A stretch of 64,000 nucleotides of DNA from Vicugna vicugna (lineage: Eukaryota). The stretch is from NCBI GenBank assembly GCA_013265495.1, contig MU058226.1, positions 210,741 to 274,740 of the forward strand. The letters are read 5' to 3'. The notes beneath the pieces are model-generated. The model searched no databases. It saw only the letters and a program-made list of their open reading frames with translations, and was not told the DNA's origin. Made by a program: the position numbers and the translations under genes. Shown here one piece after another: positions 61,700 to 64,000 of this stretch (position 1 is the stretch's first letter; each line of letters begins with the position of its first letter).

Positions 61700-63000
61700 C
61701 TATCCAGAATTTGTGGTCAACTGGGTAATACTGGAAATTTTTTCTTTTATAGACATTTTCAAAAACACAAAAGTAAAAAAAAATAGCTTCATGAACCCCA
61801 TGTACCACAGCATCCAGTTTCAGCAATTATCAAGATGTTACCACGTTGTGGGGAGGGTATAGCTCAGTGTTAGAGTGTGTGCTTAGCATGCGCAAGGTCC
61901 TAAATTCAATTCCCAGCACCTCCATTAAAAGTAAATTAATAAACCTAATTACCTCCCCCTTCAAAAAAAAAAAAACTTAAAAAAAGTTACCATGTTGCTT
62001 CTTACCCTTTTTTCTGCTTCCTTTGCTGAAGTATTTTAAACCAAATCCCAGACCTCATGACATTCACCCCTACATTCTTAAGTATGCATCTCTTTCTTTA
62101 GAACGGAATATATTATTACATAATCATAATGCCATTGCACACCCGAAACATTAACAGTAACTGTGGTATAATCTAAAACCCAGTTGATGTTCAGATTTCA
62201 TCAAATGTCTCAAATATGTCTTATTTACAGTTGATTTGTTCAAATCAGGATGCCAAGAAAATCAACACATTGCATCTTGATGTCTTTTTCTTCTTTAATA
62301 TGGAGGTACTGGGGATTGAACCCAGGACCTCATGCATGCGCTCTACCATTGAGCTATATACCTCCCCTACCCCAATATCTCTTTAGTCTTTGTAATCTAC
62401 AGTAGTTCCACCTCCTCTCTTTTCTTTCTCTCTCTTCTAATACCATCTACACAAAAATAATTCATTTGTCCTGTAGAATGTTCCTCCCCCTGGATTCGTG
62501 TTTCTTCCTCAGAGCCTCATTTAACTTCTTCCTCCATCCCTTGTATTTCCAGTTATCAAAAAAGATCTAATTAGGTTCAGAGTCCATCTGAGGGGGGACA
62601 AGATTCCTTTGCAGGGGCTTTGTGCTTCCTTTGGTGCCCCCTAAGGAAGCAAGCACTGTCTGCTTGCCCCTCTCAGAGTAAAGCTGAGATTGAGCCATGG
62701 GTTCATATGGCCATAGCCTGACTCACCCCCTCTGTAAGATTTCCCCATCAACCTTTCAACTGAAAGTTTCGTTGATGGATGAGTTTTGCCTGAATCAGTT
62801 ATTTCATGAGGGGTTGGGAAATGCTGGTTTTTAAATTCTGTTATTTTGTCCTCATGTATTAGGTAGAATTCTCCAGATTGAAAAAAAAAAAAAGCTGTCA
62901 CTCATCCAGGCTGTCGGGTTACCATGAAGTGTGGTTTGCATGGGAAAGGCAGGATAAATGCTTAATTTCTCCCCTTTAATTGCCAGTTCGCAGAGTAAAC
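61700..63000. mobile_element. Old L1M fragment containing two vic-1-like SINEs (61850-61985 plus; about 62284-62368 minus)
   Basis: gaagtattttaaaccaaatcccagacctcatgacatt; SINE at 61850 flanked by GTTACCA(C/T)GTTG repeats. Confidence 0.65.
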
Positions 63001-63489
63001 TGATGGAATACTTTACCTTGGCCAGCAAACCACATTGTTACCACACAGGACACACATGCAGAGGCAGAATCTGTGGGCCTGCCGGAGGAAACAGGGACAT
63101 CTGAGGGAGGAATAACGGAGAGAAACACAGGCAGCATGGTCATGGGGGTGGGGGGTCTGCCTCTCAAATACAATCGAGAAACAGATATGACCCAAGGAAG
63201 TATGGTGGGGGTGGCATATGCAGCAATTGGGATATCTGTTATTGACACTAAGAATTACACATCTGGTAAGTCCTTAAAATTTTATTTATCAGAAACATTG
63301 GAGGAAAGAGAGGAAATGATACCGTGAGTGTCCGACCCATGAGCTACTGCCTCGTGAAGTATATGTGACGGGGGGCTTATGAGGAAGTGACAGTGTTCCT
63401 TCTTCATAGCCAAGAACCCTCAGCTAAGAGAGAGGATCCTCAAGGAAGGATCTCCTCCTCAGAAGAGGGTGGGGAGGAGTCATTGGAAA

Positions 63490-63762
63490 CCAGAGCCCTG
63501 GTCCCACCCCAGACCTGCCTGCAGGTTCAGTATCTCTGGAATCTGTCCAGGACCTTGTTTTTGGTTTTCGTTTGTTTTTTCTTTTTTTATAACAGATTTT
63601 TTTTTTTAATGGTGGTGGTACTGGGGATAGAACCCAGGACCTCATACATGCTAAGCATGCCCTCTACCCCTGAGCTATTACCCACCCTGCAACCTTGCAT
63701 TTTTAAAGGGAACTGCAGGAGAGTCTAACGCTGGGGTCTTTGGGCTGCACTTTGAGAAACTC
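63490..63762. mobile_element. MER5-like DNA transposon fragment interrupted by a vic-1-like SINE (about 63557-63690, minus)
   Basis: cccaccccagacct...ttgcatttttaa...cactttgagaaac, with accttg on both sides of the SINE. Confidence 0.55.
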
Positions 63763-64000
63763 AGACGTTTAGCCTAGACTTAGGAAGAATAGATTTCAAA
63801 ACACTGAAGAAAAGATCTCAAAAGAGAAATTGTTACAACAGTAAGAGTTTGTGTCTAAAAAACAATAGCCATAATAGCTGGCAGGGACCAAACCTGCCTA
63901 CTTACCCGGGCATCTTAAACCCCGCCATGACCTGGCACATGGTGGATGCTTAATACGGGAGGAAAGACAAGCCCAGGAAGGGTAAGGAGCTGGGCCAGTG

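Overview
Mammalian genomic DNA from the MHC class III region, in the conserved order C2 (minus strand, 18 exons), ZBTB12, EHMT2/G9a (28 exons), SLC44A4/CTL4 (21 exons) and NEU1 (6 exons), the last four on the plus strand. About ten tRNA-Ala-like SINE copies resemble the Tylopoda vic-1 family, so a camelid source is likely (inference). I traced every coding exon by eye. C2 (751 aa), ZBTB12 (459 aa), EHMT2 (1210 aa, or 1267 aa from the alternative start) and NEU1 (416 aa) splice in frame with canonical GT-AG sites. SLC44A4 (707 aa predicted) has two splice-site anomalies: the exon 4 donor reads CTGAGT instead of GTGAGT, and its U12-type intron ends in GG instead of AG. Other notable signals are an RBFOX motif cluster and a consensus CTCF site flanking EHMT2 cassette exon 10, an NF-kB plus IRF module in the C2 3'UTR, and an octamer/CCAAT-rich ERV LTR upstream of ZBTB12. 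I found no new protein-coding system. Comparisons to human or mouse are from memory, not from a search, and repeat boundaries and family names are approximate.
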